This document shows positions 39,501 through 52,058 of a DNA stretch of 64,000 nt, piece after piece (positions within the stretch are counted from its first letter, which is position 1; every line of letters starts with the position of its first letter). Position numbers and translations under genes: made by a program. The notes below the pieces were generated by a model that made no database searches, was not told the DNA's origin, and saw only the letters and a program-made list of their open reading frames with translations. Origin of the DNA: Eledone cirrhosa (taxonomy: Eukaryota); NCBI GenBank assembly GCA_964016885.1, contig OZ024741.1:406038001-406102000 (forward strand), given 5' to 3'.

Positions 39501-41603
39501 CTAACTGTGGAGCTGGTGTAGCCTGTCATTGGGGTACCCCACTAGATGTGGTGCTGGTGTAGCCTGTCATTGGGGTACCACACTATATATGTAGCTGGTG
39601 TAGCCTGCCATTGGGATACCCCACTAGATGTGGAGCTGGTGTAGCCTGTCATTGTGGTACCTCACTAGATGTAGAGCTGGTGTAGCCTGTCATTGAAGTA
39701 CCCCACTGCATATGGAGCTGGTGTAGCCTGTCATTGGGGTACCACACTAGATGTGGAGCTGGTGTAGCCTGTCATTGAGGTAACACACTAGATGTGGAGC
39801 TGGTGTAGCCTGTCAATGGGGTACCACACTAACTGTGGAGCTGGTGTAGCCTGTCATTGGGGCACCTCACTAGATATGGAGCTGGTGTATCCTGTCATTG
39901 GGGTACACCACTAACTGTGGAGCTGGTGTAGCCTGTCAATGGGGTACCACACTAACTGTGGAGCTGGTGTAGCCTGTCATTGGGGCACCTCACTAGATAT
40001 GTAGCTGGTGTAGCCTGTCATTGGGGTACCACACTAGATATGTAGCTGGTGTAGCCTGTCATTGGGGTACCCCACTAGATGTGGAGCTGGTGTAGCCTGT
40101 CAATGGAGTACCTCACTAGATGTGGAGCTGGTAGAACCTGTCATTGTGGTACCCGACTACATGTGGAGCTGGTGTTGTCTGTCATTGGGGTACCACACTA
40201 ACTGTGCAGCTGGTGTAGCCTGTCATTGGGTACCTCACTAGATGTGGAGCTGGTGCAGACTGTCATTGGGGTACCCCACTACATGTGGAGCTGGTGTAGT
40301 CTGTCATTGGGGTACAACACTAGATATATACCTGGTGTAGTCTGTCATTGAGGTACCCCACTAGATGTGGAGCTGGCGTAGCCTGTCATTGGGGTACACC
40401 ACTAGATGTGGAGCTGGTGTAACCTGTCATTGGGGTACACCACTAGATGTGGAGCTGGTGTAACCTGTCATTGGGGTACACCACTAGTTATGGAGCTGGT
40501 GTAGCCTGTCATTGGGGTACCACACTAGCTGTAGCGCTGATGTAGCCTGTCATTGGGGTACACCACTAACTGTGGAGCTGGTGTAGCCTGTCATTGGGGT
40601 ACCGCACTAGATGTGGTGCTGGTGTAGTCTGTCATTGGGGTACCACACTATATATATAGCTGGTGTAGCCTGTCATTGGGGTACCCCACTAGATGTGGAG
40701 CTGGTGTAGCCTGTCATTGGGTACCTCACTAGATGTGGGGCTGGTGTAGCCTGTCATTGTGGTACCCCACTACATATGGAGCTGGTGTAGCCTATCATTG
40801 GGGTACCTCACTAGATGTGGAGCTGGTGTAGCCTGTCATTGGGGTACCCCACTATATGTGGAGCTGGTGTAGTCTGTCATTGGGGTACACCACTAGATGT
40901 GGAGCTGGTGTAACCTGTCATTGGGGTACCTCACTAGATGTGGGGCTGGTGTAGCCTGTCATTGGGGTACCACACTATATATATAGCTGGTGTAGCCTGT
41001 CATTGGGGTACCCCACTAGATGTGGAGCTGGTGTAGCCTGTCATTGGGGTACCTCACTAGATGTGGGGCTGGTGTAGCCTGTCATTGGGGTAACCCACTA
41101 CATATGGAGCTGGTGTAGCCTATCATTGTGGTACCTTACTACATGTGGAGCTGGTGTAGCCTGTCATTGGGGTACCCTACTACAGGTGGAGCTGGTGTAA
41201 CCTGTCATTGGGGTAGCTCACTATATGTGGAGCTGGTGTAGTCTGTCATTGGGGTACAACACTAGATGTGGAGCTGGTGTAACCTGTCATTGGGGTACAC
41301 CACTAGATGTGGCGCTGGTAGAGCCTGTCATTGGGGTACCACACTAGTTGTGGAGCTGGTGTAGCCTGTCATTGGGGTACCTCACTAGATATGTAGCTGG
41401 TGTAGCCTGTCATTGGGGTACACCACTAACCGTGGAGCTCGTGTATCCTGTCACTGGGGTACCCACTAGATGTGGAGCTGGTGAAGCCTGTCATTGGGGT
41501 ACCCCACTAGATGTGGAGCTGGTGTAGCCTGTCCTTGGAGTACCACACTAGATGTGAAGCTGGTGTAGCCTGTCATTGGGGTACACCACTAGATGTAGAG
41601 CTG
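15571..41603. repeat. 41-bp satellite, ~635 copies; consensus CCACACTAGATGTGGAGCTGGTGTAGCCTGTCATTGGGGTA
   Basis: Period 41 (e.g. CTAG at 15701 and 15742). Variants ccaca/cacca/cccca and tagat/taact. Stop codons are reached in all frames. Confidence 0.98.
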
Positions 41604-41751
41604 AATGTGCAGATCGATAGAATATAATACCTGAGAAATACTATGAGCCGATTTAATCGACAATATCCAGCTTTGAAATGCCTATATATATGTGTGCGTG
41701 CGTGCGTGCGTGCGTGCGTACGTGCGTGCGTGCGTGCGTGCGTGTGTCTGC

Positions 41752-42488
41752 TGTGTGTCTGTTGTGTCACGAGCGGGAAGACCACGAATCAGGTACAGCA
41801 GAGAAGAACAAGTGTTGTTTTAAATGATGGTAAAAACCCGACCACGCCGCCTGGTGGTTTCGGCTTATATTCAGCAAAAGCCTTTTCCAGGGTGTACACC
41901 GTTTAAAGGGCGAAACCACTAGGTGTCGCTGAGGGCTTTCAGTTCACTTTATGTGTACATGATGGCTGCCAACTCTGCTTAGAGTATTGCAATCGCTTGT
42001 CAGATTGTAGAGTTCGAGAGTTCGTAGCACTTTTAGGCTACGGCCAGCCACACGAACCCGTTACAGATCCTGAACAAGCAATGCCTGTGCTTTGAAAGTT
42101 TTTAAGTGGGGAAAGGCCTTACACTCGACTAATCCCATTCTCTGAGCATCGAAAACACTACCTGAAAAGGAGAACTGGTCAACATCATCAGATGCTTCAG
42201 AAGCTGCAGGTTTTTTTCTTTTTCAGAGTTTCCATCTCTTAGAAAGGTGTGACAACAACTGGGGCCTTTCACTCACACGTTAAAAAAAAGTATTTGGGTG
42301 GCCGTTGACTCTGTTGGTTTCCTCTGCCCTTTGCCGGCTCTTGTATTTCATCCTGCAGGGTGTCCAAATATCACCCACCTCACCAAGCAAGCTTGGAGGG
42401 GTTGCCGGTTTAGCAACCGATGACTCGACCATGAGACAGGTTGTGCTGGGTTACATGTTACCAGTAGCACTCGAGAGCGACCTGACAT
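41752..42488. other. Unclassified GC-balanced segment between microsatellites, possibly a LINE 5' UTR remnant
   Basis: Composition differs from its flanks, it contains small hairpins, and it has no credible ORF. Confidence 0.3.
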
Positions 42489-42521
42489 TATATATATATA
42501 TTTATATGTAGGTTATGCATG

Positions 42522-42625
<104 letters not shown>

Positions 42626-43159
42626 TCTATGTGTGTATATATATGTATATGTACATATCTATACATATATATATATATATGTGTATATATACTTATATAT
42701 ATGTGTGTGTGAGAGAGAGAGTGTGTGGGGAGATGTAAGTGTGTGTGTGTGTGTTTACGAAATTTGCCATTAAAGATCACCATCTAAAGCAGCTTGTCAT
42801 AACAAATCAAGCTTGATATGAAATCAATTTCTCATTTCCAGTTCTAGAATATAGTCCGAGTCTAACATTGTCAACCAGAGCTTTGTCGACAGAACAATGA
42901 ATTCTATTGACTTTGTTTTTTATTTTCTGTTGTGTTTATTCTTTGTTTCTACTTCGTTCTTCGAATTCATCAAATTCCACCAAAACATCGCCATTTTAGC
43001 AGCACGTAATAATACTTTATTTCATTTATGGTTTTTCTGTTTTTACTCACGAGAATAATGAAATGATATATGTAGCTGACAATTGAATAAAAAGGATTAT
43101 GGAACGTTGTTTTGTAGTGCAACTAATACAGGAGTCTCTATACTATAGTTTTGTAGATT

Positions 43160-43786
43160 TGTTGGTGTTGTTGTTGGTGGTGGTGGTGTTGGTGGTGGCG
43201 GTGGTGGTGATGGTGGTAGTGTTGTTGTTGTAGTTGTTGTTGCTGTTGTTGTTGGCGGTGGTGGCGGTAGTGTTGTTGAAGCTGCTGCTGCTGTTGTTGC
43301 TGTCTCTGGTGGTGGTGGTGGTGGTGATGGTGGTAGTGTTGTTGTTATTGTTGTTGTCTTTATTGTTGTTGTTGCTGTTGTTGTGTTGTTGTGTTGTTGT
43401 TGTCGTTGTTGGTGGTGGTGGCGGTAGTGTTGTTGAGCTGCTGCTGCTGCTGTTGTTGCTGTCGCTGGTGGTGGTGGTGGTGGTGATGGTGGTAGTGTTG
43501 TTGTTATTGTTGTTGTCTTTATTGTTGTTGTTGCTGTTGTTGTGTTGTTGTGTTGTTGTTGTCGTTGTTGTTGGTGGTGGCGGTAGTGTTGTTGAAGCTG
43601 CTGCTGCTGCTGCTGTTGTTGCTGTCGCTGGTGGTGGTGGTGGTGATGGTGGTAGTGTTGTTGTTATTGTTGTTGTCTTTTTTGTTGTTGTCGCTGTTGT
43701 TGTGTTGTTGTTATCGTTGTTGTTGTGTTGTTGTTGTCGTTGTTGTTGTTGTTAGTGGTGGTGATGGTGTTGTTGTTGTTGTTATT
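43160..43786. repeat. (GTT/GGT/GCT)n compound microsatellite with ~160-bp higher-order duplication
   Basis: GGTGATGGTGGTAGTGTTGTTG recurs near 43206, 43323, 43482 and 43642. Confidence 0.9.
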
Positions 43787-43955
43787 GCCACAGTCTGTCA
43801 AGATATATTTATTAAGATACGATAAAATAGACGCTGAATCAATATTAGTTAACAGATTATAACTGTTATCACTTCTACTCATAGGATATTAACTGAGAGA
43901 ATACTGGCTGGTAGTTGAATAGTACACACACACACACACACACATACACACACAT

Positions 43956-43986
<31 letters not shown>

Positions 43987-44153
43987 GTTAAAGAATGAAG
44001 ATTAACATGGTTGGCTGTACAATAAGGGCTTTATTTAAAGTAGACAATTGTTTCGTTTATCATGTGGGTCTATAGTTCGCTAATCGCTTGATGTTGCGTT
44101 ATTCGATCTCTAATATACTTAGGGTAGTAGAGTGGGTAATAGGAACAAGTATG

Positions 44154-44249
44154 ACCCCGACGACAGAGCTCAAGCCGTTTCGACGGCTAATTCTGAACTA
44201 AATAAGAATTTTTAGCCTGGTAAATAAATAGCCGAACTTTTCAGGGGGT
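44154..44249 (-). ncRNA. Hammerhead motif, family A (core CTGAAAA)
   Basis: ACCCC CTGAAAA GTTCGGCTA...TAGCCGTC GAAA CGGC..GTCG TC GGGGT. Confidence 0.6.
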
Positions 44250-45224
44250 AATTCCTTATATGGGAAGATAGTAATTGTCAAAAGGATTGGTAAAAAATTT
44301 GTTGTAAAGACAGCTGATTCTATCATGGCATTTGGTGGGAGGTAGGGGTTGCTGAACCTGCTGGTAGAACAAAGAGGGAGTGGGGGAGACCCAGTCAAGC
44401 GTTGAAAGGGAAATCTATACAGCAGATTCTAAGGATAGTGTATAGAAGGTCGAAAAAAGTGTACTGGAGAAGGGGAGGGGGTGGGTGAAAGAATAGGTAA
44501 ATCGAAAGGGAGTAAACAACGAAACCATTATAAAAATAAGGAAATAAATATATAAAAAACAATTTCTGGTTACTACTCCCCTCCACAATCACCAAATCTC
44601 TCATTGGAATTGCTAAACTATAGAAAAGTTTAATAGGTGGAGAAAAATACTAAATACGAGATTGTAGTGAAAGAATTTTATAAAGCCGGCTTTACGGGGG
44701 CGGGGGAGGGGGTCTAACACTACTGCTATAGTTAGTGAGTAATCAGCCAATGCTATCTTACAATGACAGGTTAAAAACAAAAATACTAAATTACTGCTAC
44801 AAAAATACTAATACGAAATATTAATTCAGAATACTAATACAGAAATACTAATACAAGGATACTAATACAAAAATACCACTAAGAAATTTAGAAATGACAG
44901 AAATGGAGCAGCAACCAGAAAGAAAACAAATTTACTGGGTTTAACACATTTGCTGTAAAAAGCGTAATTCTATCTTAAAATTAGGGGGGTGGGGGTACTG
45001 AGGTTACAGAGGACCGATGGGCTGCATCGGGGTAGGCGAAAAGGTGAAAAAAAGACAAGGAAGGAGATCTGGGGTGGGAGGACTAGAAAGAGATGGGGGG
45101 AAGAAGGAAAAGATAAAAGATTTACGTCTACCTTTGTAAGCAGGGGTAACTCCTTACAAAATCGGCAAGTGGGGTTTTTCGGCCCTTGTCTCCCCCCACC
45201 CCACCCCGGGTCATTATGGGGTTT

Positions 45225-46170
45225 GAGGGCGAGGTAAGTGCTACGCAATCTGTGTTTGCATGCAATTACCAGTTCGTCTTTCTTGTTTAGGAGTTGGTCC
45301 TTTGAAAACAGCATTTGTAATGTTTCCTCTGAGCATAAGTTACACGGACGGCGTCCTCCCATGTAAGAGTTAGCTCTGGACAGTAAGCTCCAAGTGAGAT
45401 TGTAGGTTATATTATTATCTTTGAGGTCCCAGATGTGGACCGAAAGTGTAGTAGCATGACGCCGGGCCGGGTTTCGGAAAGTATGTCGGTGTAGGTAGGG
45501 CCAGGTCTTGAAGTCACAAGCGGTTAATCCTATATAAGCTTTGTCCTCACGTTGCACTGGTAGATCACATTACGATCTCGGCATCTGTTGTTAAGGGGGC
45601 AAAGGGATCTATCAGGACAGTTACACCTCCTGGTCGGCTCTCCACTGCTGTCTAGGTTATTTCTTCCATAGGGGTTGAGTTTTTGTTGTTAGAGGAGACG
45701 ATGTTTTGTGCGAAGTTAGGTGTGGTGCTGTAGGAGAGTTTGATGGTGCTTTTGTTGATTATGTTGTGGTAGCGGTGTTGTAGTGGGAAGTGTTTTTCGA
45801 TGAGCCCAAAGAAGATTTTCCCGATAGGTGTTGCCTTCTCGGCATTATGGGGAGGATTGAACCACGTTACGTTGCGTGAGCGGCGGTGTCGCCTGCTGGT
45901 TCCGCTAATGGAAGCTGGATAATAGGATATTTCCTCCCGGAAGCCACTTCGCTTGAGGGCCTGGTTGTAATAAGGCGCGTGTTCGTCGAATATCTGCTCA
46001 TTAGCGGACAAACGAGATATGCGGAGGGAGATGTTTTTAACCAGGTTATTGGTGATGTTTCTAGGATGGTTCGACCGGCGGTGGATGTAGTGCAGGTTGT
46101 CGTTTGGTTTCCTGTATGGGTAGTAGAGATCATTATCGCGGTCAAGGATAACGTCCAGGAAGTTTACTCG
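45225..46170 (-). pseudogene. Frameshifted PLE RT thumb / CNC-CPL-C linker / GIY-YIG endonuclease
   Basis: VNFLDVILD..YYPYRKPND..YIHRRSNHP..WFNPP..IKLSYS. A separate frame at ~45660-45545 reads RCNCPDRSLCPLNNRCRDRNVIYQC. Then AYIGLT..FKTW (conserved Arg replaced by Trp)..LSVHIWDLK..CNLC..LLNKKDE..CKH. Confidence 0.9.
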
Positions 46171-46849
46171 GGTAAGTTGTTTTCTTTCTGGTTGCTGCTC
46201 CATTTCTGTCATTTCTAAATTTCTTAGTGGTATTTTTGTATTAGTATCCTTGTATTAGTATTTCTGTATTAGTATTCTGAATTAATATTTCGTATTAGTA
46301 TTTTTGTAGTAGTAATTTATTATTTTTGTTTATAACCTGTCATTGTAAGATAGCATTGGCTGATCACTCACTAACTATAGCAGTGGTGTTAGACCCCCCC
46401 CCCCCGTAAAGCCGGCTTTATAAAATTCTTTCACTACAATCTCGTATTTAGTATTTTTCTCCACCTATTAAACTTTTCTATAGTTTAGCAATTCCAATGA
46501 GAGATTTGGTGATTGTGGAGGGGAGTAGTAACCAGAAATTGTTTTTTATATATTTATTTCCTTATTTTTATAATGGTTTCGTTGTTTACTCCCTTTCGAT
46601 TTACCTATTCTTTCACCCCTCCTCCCCTTCTCCAGTACACATTTTTCGACCTTCTATACACTATCCTTAGAATCTGCTGTATAGATTTCCCTTTCAACGC
46701 TTGACTGGGTCTCCCCCACTCCCTCATTGTTCTACCGGCAGGTTCAGCTACCCCTACCTCCCACCAAATGCCATGATAGAATCATCTATCTTTACAACAA
46801 ATTTTTTACCAATCCTTTTGACAATTACTATCTTCCCATATAAGGAATT

Positions 46850-46945
46850 ACTCCCTGATAAGTTCGGCTATTTATTTACCAGGCTAAAATTTCTTATTTA
46901 GTTCAGAATTAGCCGTCGAAACGGCTTGAGCTCTGCCGTCGGGGT
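46850..46945 (+). ncRNA. Hammerhead motif, family A (core CTGATAA)
   Basis: ACTCC CTGATAA GTTCGGCTA...TAGCCGTC GAAA CGGC..GCCG TC GGGGT. Confidence 0.6.
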
Positions 46946-46955
46946 CATACTTGTT

Positions 46956-47004
<49 letters not shown>

Positions 47005-47006
<2 letters not shown>

Positions 47007-47334
47007 TCCAGAAATAGCCGTCGAAACGGCTTGAGCTCTGCCGTCGGAGTCATACTTTTTCATATATATATGTCCCAAGGCTCTGATACCATCAACACAA
47101 TAAACACAGAGCTGGCATATCTAAGAACTGACTAACTGCCTGATGAGGTCATAGCCATTCAATGGCTATCATCTATAGCAGTAAATAAAGGATTATGAGT
47201 TCATGCAATTGACTTATGTTTCGTCATTATATATATAGGAAAAATCTTTCCTATTTCCCACTCTACTACCCTAAGTATTGAGTACTGTGGTGCGTTATGG
47301 TCCATCTGGTTCCTTACCACATTTCCTTTGTTAT
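47005..47334 (+). mobile_element. Composite of a family A hammerhead half, a family D mini element (47070-47229, GAAA deleted) and a family A tail
   Basis: The pieces match 12031-12087, the reverse complement of 12115-12282 and the reverse complement of 11876-11963. Confidence 0.8.
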
Positions 47335-47554
47335 ATATATATATACATACACACATATATATATATAACATATATATAATATACATAACCTACAGACACA
47401 CGTATATATAACATAGATAACATACATACATACATGCATACACACATACACTAACAGGCGTGTTGTAGTTGAGCATATATTATACAATTTAAGAAAAGAT
47501 AGGGTTGAACATAAAATTGTGTTACAGTGCTATGGAGGGCATCCTCACTCATAA

Positions 47555-48003
47555 TAGTCAAAACCTGTGTAAAATGTATGTACAACATTCAGGAATATTA
47601 ACCCGGGATTAACAGAAAGGTTCACCGTATTAGACGCCAGATCTGAAGTAGGCGTTAATATAAGTTACTGTCAAAACCTGTGTAAAATTTACGTACTACA
47701 TTCAGGAATATTAACCCTGATTAATAGAAAGGTTCGCCGTATTAGGCGCCATATCTGAAGCATGTGTTAACATAAGATTTGAAAATAAAGACCTTTGTAA
47801 AAGTCACGTACAACAGTCAGATATATAAACCCAGGGTTAGAGGAAACGTTCACCGTATAAGACGCTGGATCTCTAGCAGGCGTTAATATAAGTTAATGTC
47901 AAAGCCTGTGTAAAATTTGCGTACAACATTATGACATATTAACCTGTAATTAAGAGAAAGGTTCACCGTATTAGACGCCGGATCTCTAGCAGGTGTTAAC
48001 ATA
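47555..48003. repeat. Diverged ~115-bp tandem repeat, 4 copies
   Basis: ACCTGTGTAAAA..TACAACATTCAGGAATATTAACC..GAAAGGTTCACCGTATTAGACGCC recurs near 47563, 47676, 47791 and 47905. Confidence 0.85.
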
Positions 48004-48094
48004 AAGTTTTAAAATATTAGAAAAAAAATAATGTATATTTGTTGAATTAAGAACAAATTTGTGAATACACCACCTCAGTGATCAGACTACAGTA

Positions 48095-48515
48095 TCTTGT
48101 TTGATTGTATAGTGGTTGGTGTAACATGTTGCAAACTGTGTTGTAAATTTATGGCGAGTCTTCTCTATCTTCGTTGTAACATGTTGCAGTGACACCATGT
48201 TGTAAAACTATGGCGATCCTCTGCTATCTTACTTATGTAGTGATTGTTGTAATATGTCGCAGTTACTACATGTAAATTTATGTCAAGGATAATTTATCTT
48301 GCTTGGTTGTGTAGTTGTTGGTGTAACATGTTGCAGTTACTACATGTTGAATATTTATGGCGAGCCTCTGCTATCTTACTTCGTTGTATACTGATTGGTG
48401 TAACATGTTGTAGTTACATCATGTTGCAAATGTATGGCGATCCTTCTCTATTTTTCTTCGTTATGTAGTGGTTGGTATAACATTTTGCAATTAATTCTTT
48501 TTTGTAAATGTATGA
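48095..48515. repeat. Diverged ~55-77-bp tandem repeat, ~6 copies
   Basis: GTAACATGTTG..TATGGCGA..CTATCTT recurs near 48121, 48176, 48249, 48323, 48400 and 48476. Confidence 0.75.
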
Positions 48516-49079
48516 TCAACCAATCAGAGTATCATACATATATAACCAATGTATAGGCTGACTAAAAAACGGAACTAACCCTTCCCACATTTTGTGTGAC
48601 TGTATATTTATTTTTTATACGGTCAACCTCATATCGAAAATTAAGGTCGTATTTGAATAAAGAACAGATAAAACACAGCATCTTTGTTACGTTTTTTATC
48701 TTAAATAGTACCACAACTTTCGTATTCTCGCAGCCTTCCAATTACATTCCTTTTTATGATCAACCTTACATTTCTGGACATAGCAACAAATAAAAATAAA
48801 GCCAGTTTTGTTTGAGTCACTCTGCAACATGTAGCGTCAAATTTATGAACCACATTAGTTATTTGTAGTTTTAGGGTTAACATTCATGTGGCTTACTGTC
48901 GGTAAAAAGGTTTAGATGGGAAGGGGTTGTTTATAAATAGATTGAATTTGTGCTTTTGTGAGATGTATTTTGTTTACAGTTTTTGTGAGTGTATTGATAA
49001 GGCGTTTATCTATTATATTTGTAGTATGTATTTGGTTTATGCAGTATATTCTATGTATGATTTGGGTTTTTATTTTATT

Positions 49080-49515
49080 AGAACTTCGGATAGAAAGCTT
49101 TGCTGTAATCGTTTCTGCTCTCTGAGCTCAAATCTCGCCTCAGCCAACTTTGCCTATCATCCTTCAATAAAATAAAGTACCGGCCCAGTACTGAGGTCCA
49201 ATTTTCCTCTATATCTCTTTCTTATTTCCTTTCGATCATTCTCTCACCTCTTCTGGAAGAAATCGTCTGTGTTCAGAGCAGTAGATGAGATTTGCTCCGC
49301 CAGGTTTACAAAGAAATACCCAAGAAACACAGTATGTTCACAATGGGAGATTATTGAGTGAGGAATAAATATTCAGATAGTAAGGGTTCCTGATTTAGGC
49401 ACAAGGCAAACAATTTTTTGGGGAAGCGGAAAGTCGATTAAATTGACACCAGGCATTACTGATATTTTATTTTATCTAACCCATAAAGATGAAAGGCAAA
49501 GCTAACCTCGGAGTA
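49080..49515. mobile_element. Two degenerate SINE fragments (+ at ~49080-49200, - at ~49395-49512)
   Basis: AACTTTGCCTATCATCC..AAAATAAAGTACC and GGCACAAGG..GATGAAAGGCAAAGCTAACCTCGG. Confidence 0.7.
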
Positions 49516-49611
49516 GATTAGTACATTAAAGTGCCGTAACTTAACTGTCTGTTCAATGCTACTAAAATAGCAGATAAAGATAGATGAGTAGGTAGTCAGA
49601 TAGATAGATAG

Positions 49612-52058
49612 ATTTCTTTATTAGCCACAAGGGCGCAACAAGAAAAGGGGACAATACAAAGACATGCCGGGGATTTTACATACAGTCGTGTAAAAAATAT
49701 AAAAACAAACAATTACAACAATCGAAATCCCCAATAGGGGGGAGGCGCCACAAATGGGTTGTTTAATACCCCGTCGATAGAACAACCCTCAACTCCAGGA
49801 GCGTGTTGTGCAAGTGCTCCTTTCTTCCTTTTGCTCTCTTCCTCAACCTACAGGCTTATAAACAGAGAAGGCCCAATCACTCCGGCCATTTTCGCTTCAT
49901 TCACCTACCTTTCAGTAAATTTACTGGGGTGCAGTGCCTCTCTTTCCACCCTGATTCTCCTTCTAAAGTGATACTTAAAGAAGGGACTCAATTGTTGTCC
50001 GGAGAGAAAGGTATCTGTCCTCAGTCCTCTCAACCTCGTCCACCATATAACTTCTTTCACCATAGCCACCGTACAGAAGAATACCGCCTCTCTTTCGTTT
50101 TTGAAATAGGCTGGCGGTTTGATCCTTACTATGGACTCGGCAGTCAACTGTATTTGTCCCATACGCGACAGCAGTTGTTCTGCATAGTTCCACAGGTCGC
50201 TTACGCCCGAGCAATGTACAATCGCGTGCAGAACTGTTTCAATGTCCTACGCACATCTTGGACACGTCCTCTTGGAAGGATCCCTGCCGGGGCGTCCGTG
50301 CCTGTAGATCTTGACACGAACCGGTAGCACTGCCAGGCCAGGGACCTCTGGAAGTTGTCCATAGGTCCCGGGCGGAAAGTCCTACCAAACAGACTGGTGA
50401 GCTCATCGTCTTCGACGTCCAGAGTCTCTCCGAGCACGTCGTCGCCCTTGTAACGTACAATCCCTCTATAGAATGTCGAAATGGAGTCTCCACTAATTGC
50501 TGCGCCGGCTTGCCAGAGGACTGTGAGCGCCTGAGCGCATTCAATGTGCCAGGCGCCCATCGTTTTCGGTCTTTTCTTCACCCAGGACTGCAGCTCCGTT
50601 AGCGAGACGAGCTGTGGGAAAGCCTGTCTCACAAACGGTGCCCACACCGGTTGGGGGTCGGTGAGGAATACCTGGAGATGCCGCAGCCTCAGCGCATGTT
50701 TGCGCATCATCAGCCACAGCATTCCCAGCCCTCCGTTGGAAGGGTGCTGACAGCAGACGGATCTCCTCATCAGCGGAGCATGCTTCTTCCACAGAAACTG
50801 GAAGAGCATGCGTTCCATCTTGGCGAGGTGTTCACGGGGACAAGGCACGACAGTCAAGCGGTAGTAGATGACGGCCGCTATGAAAGTGTTCGCCACCTCC
50901 GCTCGACCTTTCAAGGACAGTTTGCACTCTGCCCACTTCTGAGTGAGTGCAAACATCTTGGCCGTGACCTCGTTCCAGTTTTTCTCCACCTGGAGGTCTG
51001 CACCGAACCAGACCCCGAGCAATTTCGCCGGTCCGTCCGTCCAGCGTCCAACGACGCTGTCGAATGTCATCGGTTTGCCTCTCCACGTACCGAGTTGCAA
51101 GCCGACAGACTTGTCTGGGTTTAGTTTTGCTCCCGTCAGCGTTTCGTATTCTTTCAGTAAGTTGCCGATCACCCTGATTTCCGAGGTGCTCGACACCATT
51201 ACCGTTACGTCGTCGGCATAAGCCGACGCCGCTTTGCGCAGTCCCGGTTCTAGAAGGATGCCCTGCAACAGCTTCAATTTCCGCAGTAGTGGCTCTAGAG
51301 TCAATACATACAGAATGGAGGAGAGAGGGCATCCCTGTCGAATGGAACGCGTGATTGCGAACGGCTCCGATAGGTAGCCGTTCACCTTGACCCTCGAGCA
51401 GATGCTGGTGTGCATCGCCTCGATCCAGCCTCTAAACACGGGACCGGAACCGGCCGCCTTGAGAACCGCTTCCAAGTATCGATGGTCGACCCTATCAAAT
51501 GCCTTAGACTGATCCAAGTTGATCAGAGCCCCACCGAAGCCGGGTTTTCTACCCACCCTCTCTATGATGTATCGCATGAGGTGGGGGTTGTCGTGTATAG
51601 ACCTGGTCGGGATTGCACACGTTTGCGCTTTCCCTACCAGGTTCTCGCCGACAAGCGCCAACCTCGTCGCTAGCACCTTGGCCAAAATCTTTAACTCTGT
51701 GTTGAGCAGATTTATGGGCCTGAAGTTGTTAATTTCGTCCCCCTTGTTCTCGTCTTTCCTGATCAGCGTTACTACGCCCTTGCCTGCAGAACTGGGAATT
51801 CTCCCGTTCTGCTGCTAATTGCAGTAGACGGCTTCGAGGACGCCAGAGAACAAGTCCGGCATGCCTATGTAAAATTCGTAGGGTAGACCATCTAGACCGG
51901 GTGACTTGCGTTTCCCGCAGCGGCCCAGAGCGTCCCGTATCTCAGTGTCCGTGATCGGTCTTTCGCAGAACTCAGCGTCTGTGTTCGAGAGACACGGCAG
52001 GCCGACGAGGTATGAACTAAAGTCCATTCCCCCGTTCGGCTCACCGTCGTTCTGCTCA
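49612..52058 (-). mobile_element. 5'-truncated L1/Tx1-like LINE, copy 1 (RT domain to 3' end)
   Basis: KSPGLDGLPYEFY, LDQSKAFDRVDH, RQGCPLS, AYADD, then a Cys-rich C-terminus. The 3' end is AATAAAG followed by (TCTA)n. Contains stops and frameshifts. Confidence 0.92.

Larger units (their letters stand above)
44116..46958 (-). mobile_element. Naiad-type Penelope-like element (family A): inverted 5' pseudo-LTR (46178-46958), RT C-terminus, Zn linker, GIY-YIG, 3' pseudo-LTR
   Basis: 44140-44928 is the reverse complement of 46178-46958. The enclosed ORFs carry PLE motifs VNFLDV, YRKP, SNHP, WFNPP and YIGLT. Confidence 0.92.

Noticed and set aside
15571-41603. CRISPR-like array or repeat-protein gene
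   Set aside because: The monomers are contiguous with no unique spacers, there are no cas genes and the context is eukaryotic. The 41-bp period reaches stops in all frames; the short ORFs come from point variants.
43234-43882. Hydrophobic poly-L/V ORFs resembling membrane or signal peptides
   Set aside because: They arise from a trinucleotide compound microsatellite and have no gene structure.
46171-46212. ATG start MTEMEQQPERKQ of the 186-aa PLE ORF
   Set aside because: It derives from the antisense of the inverted pseudo-LTR fused at the truncation junction and is not the native N-terminus.
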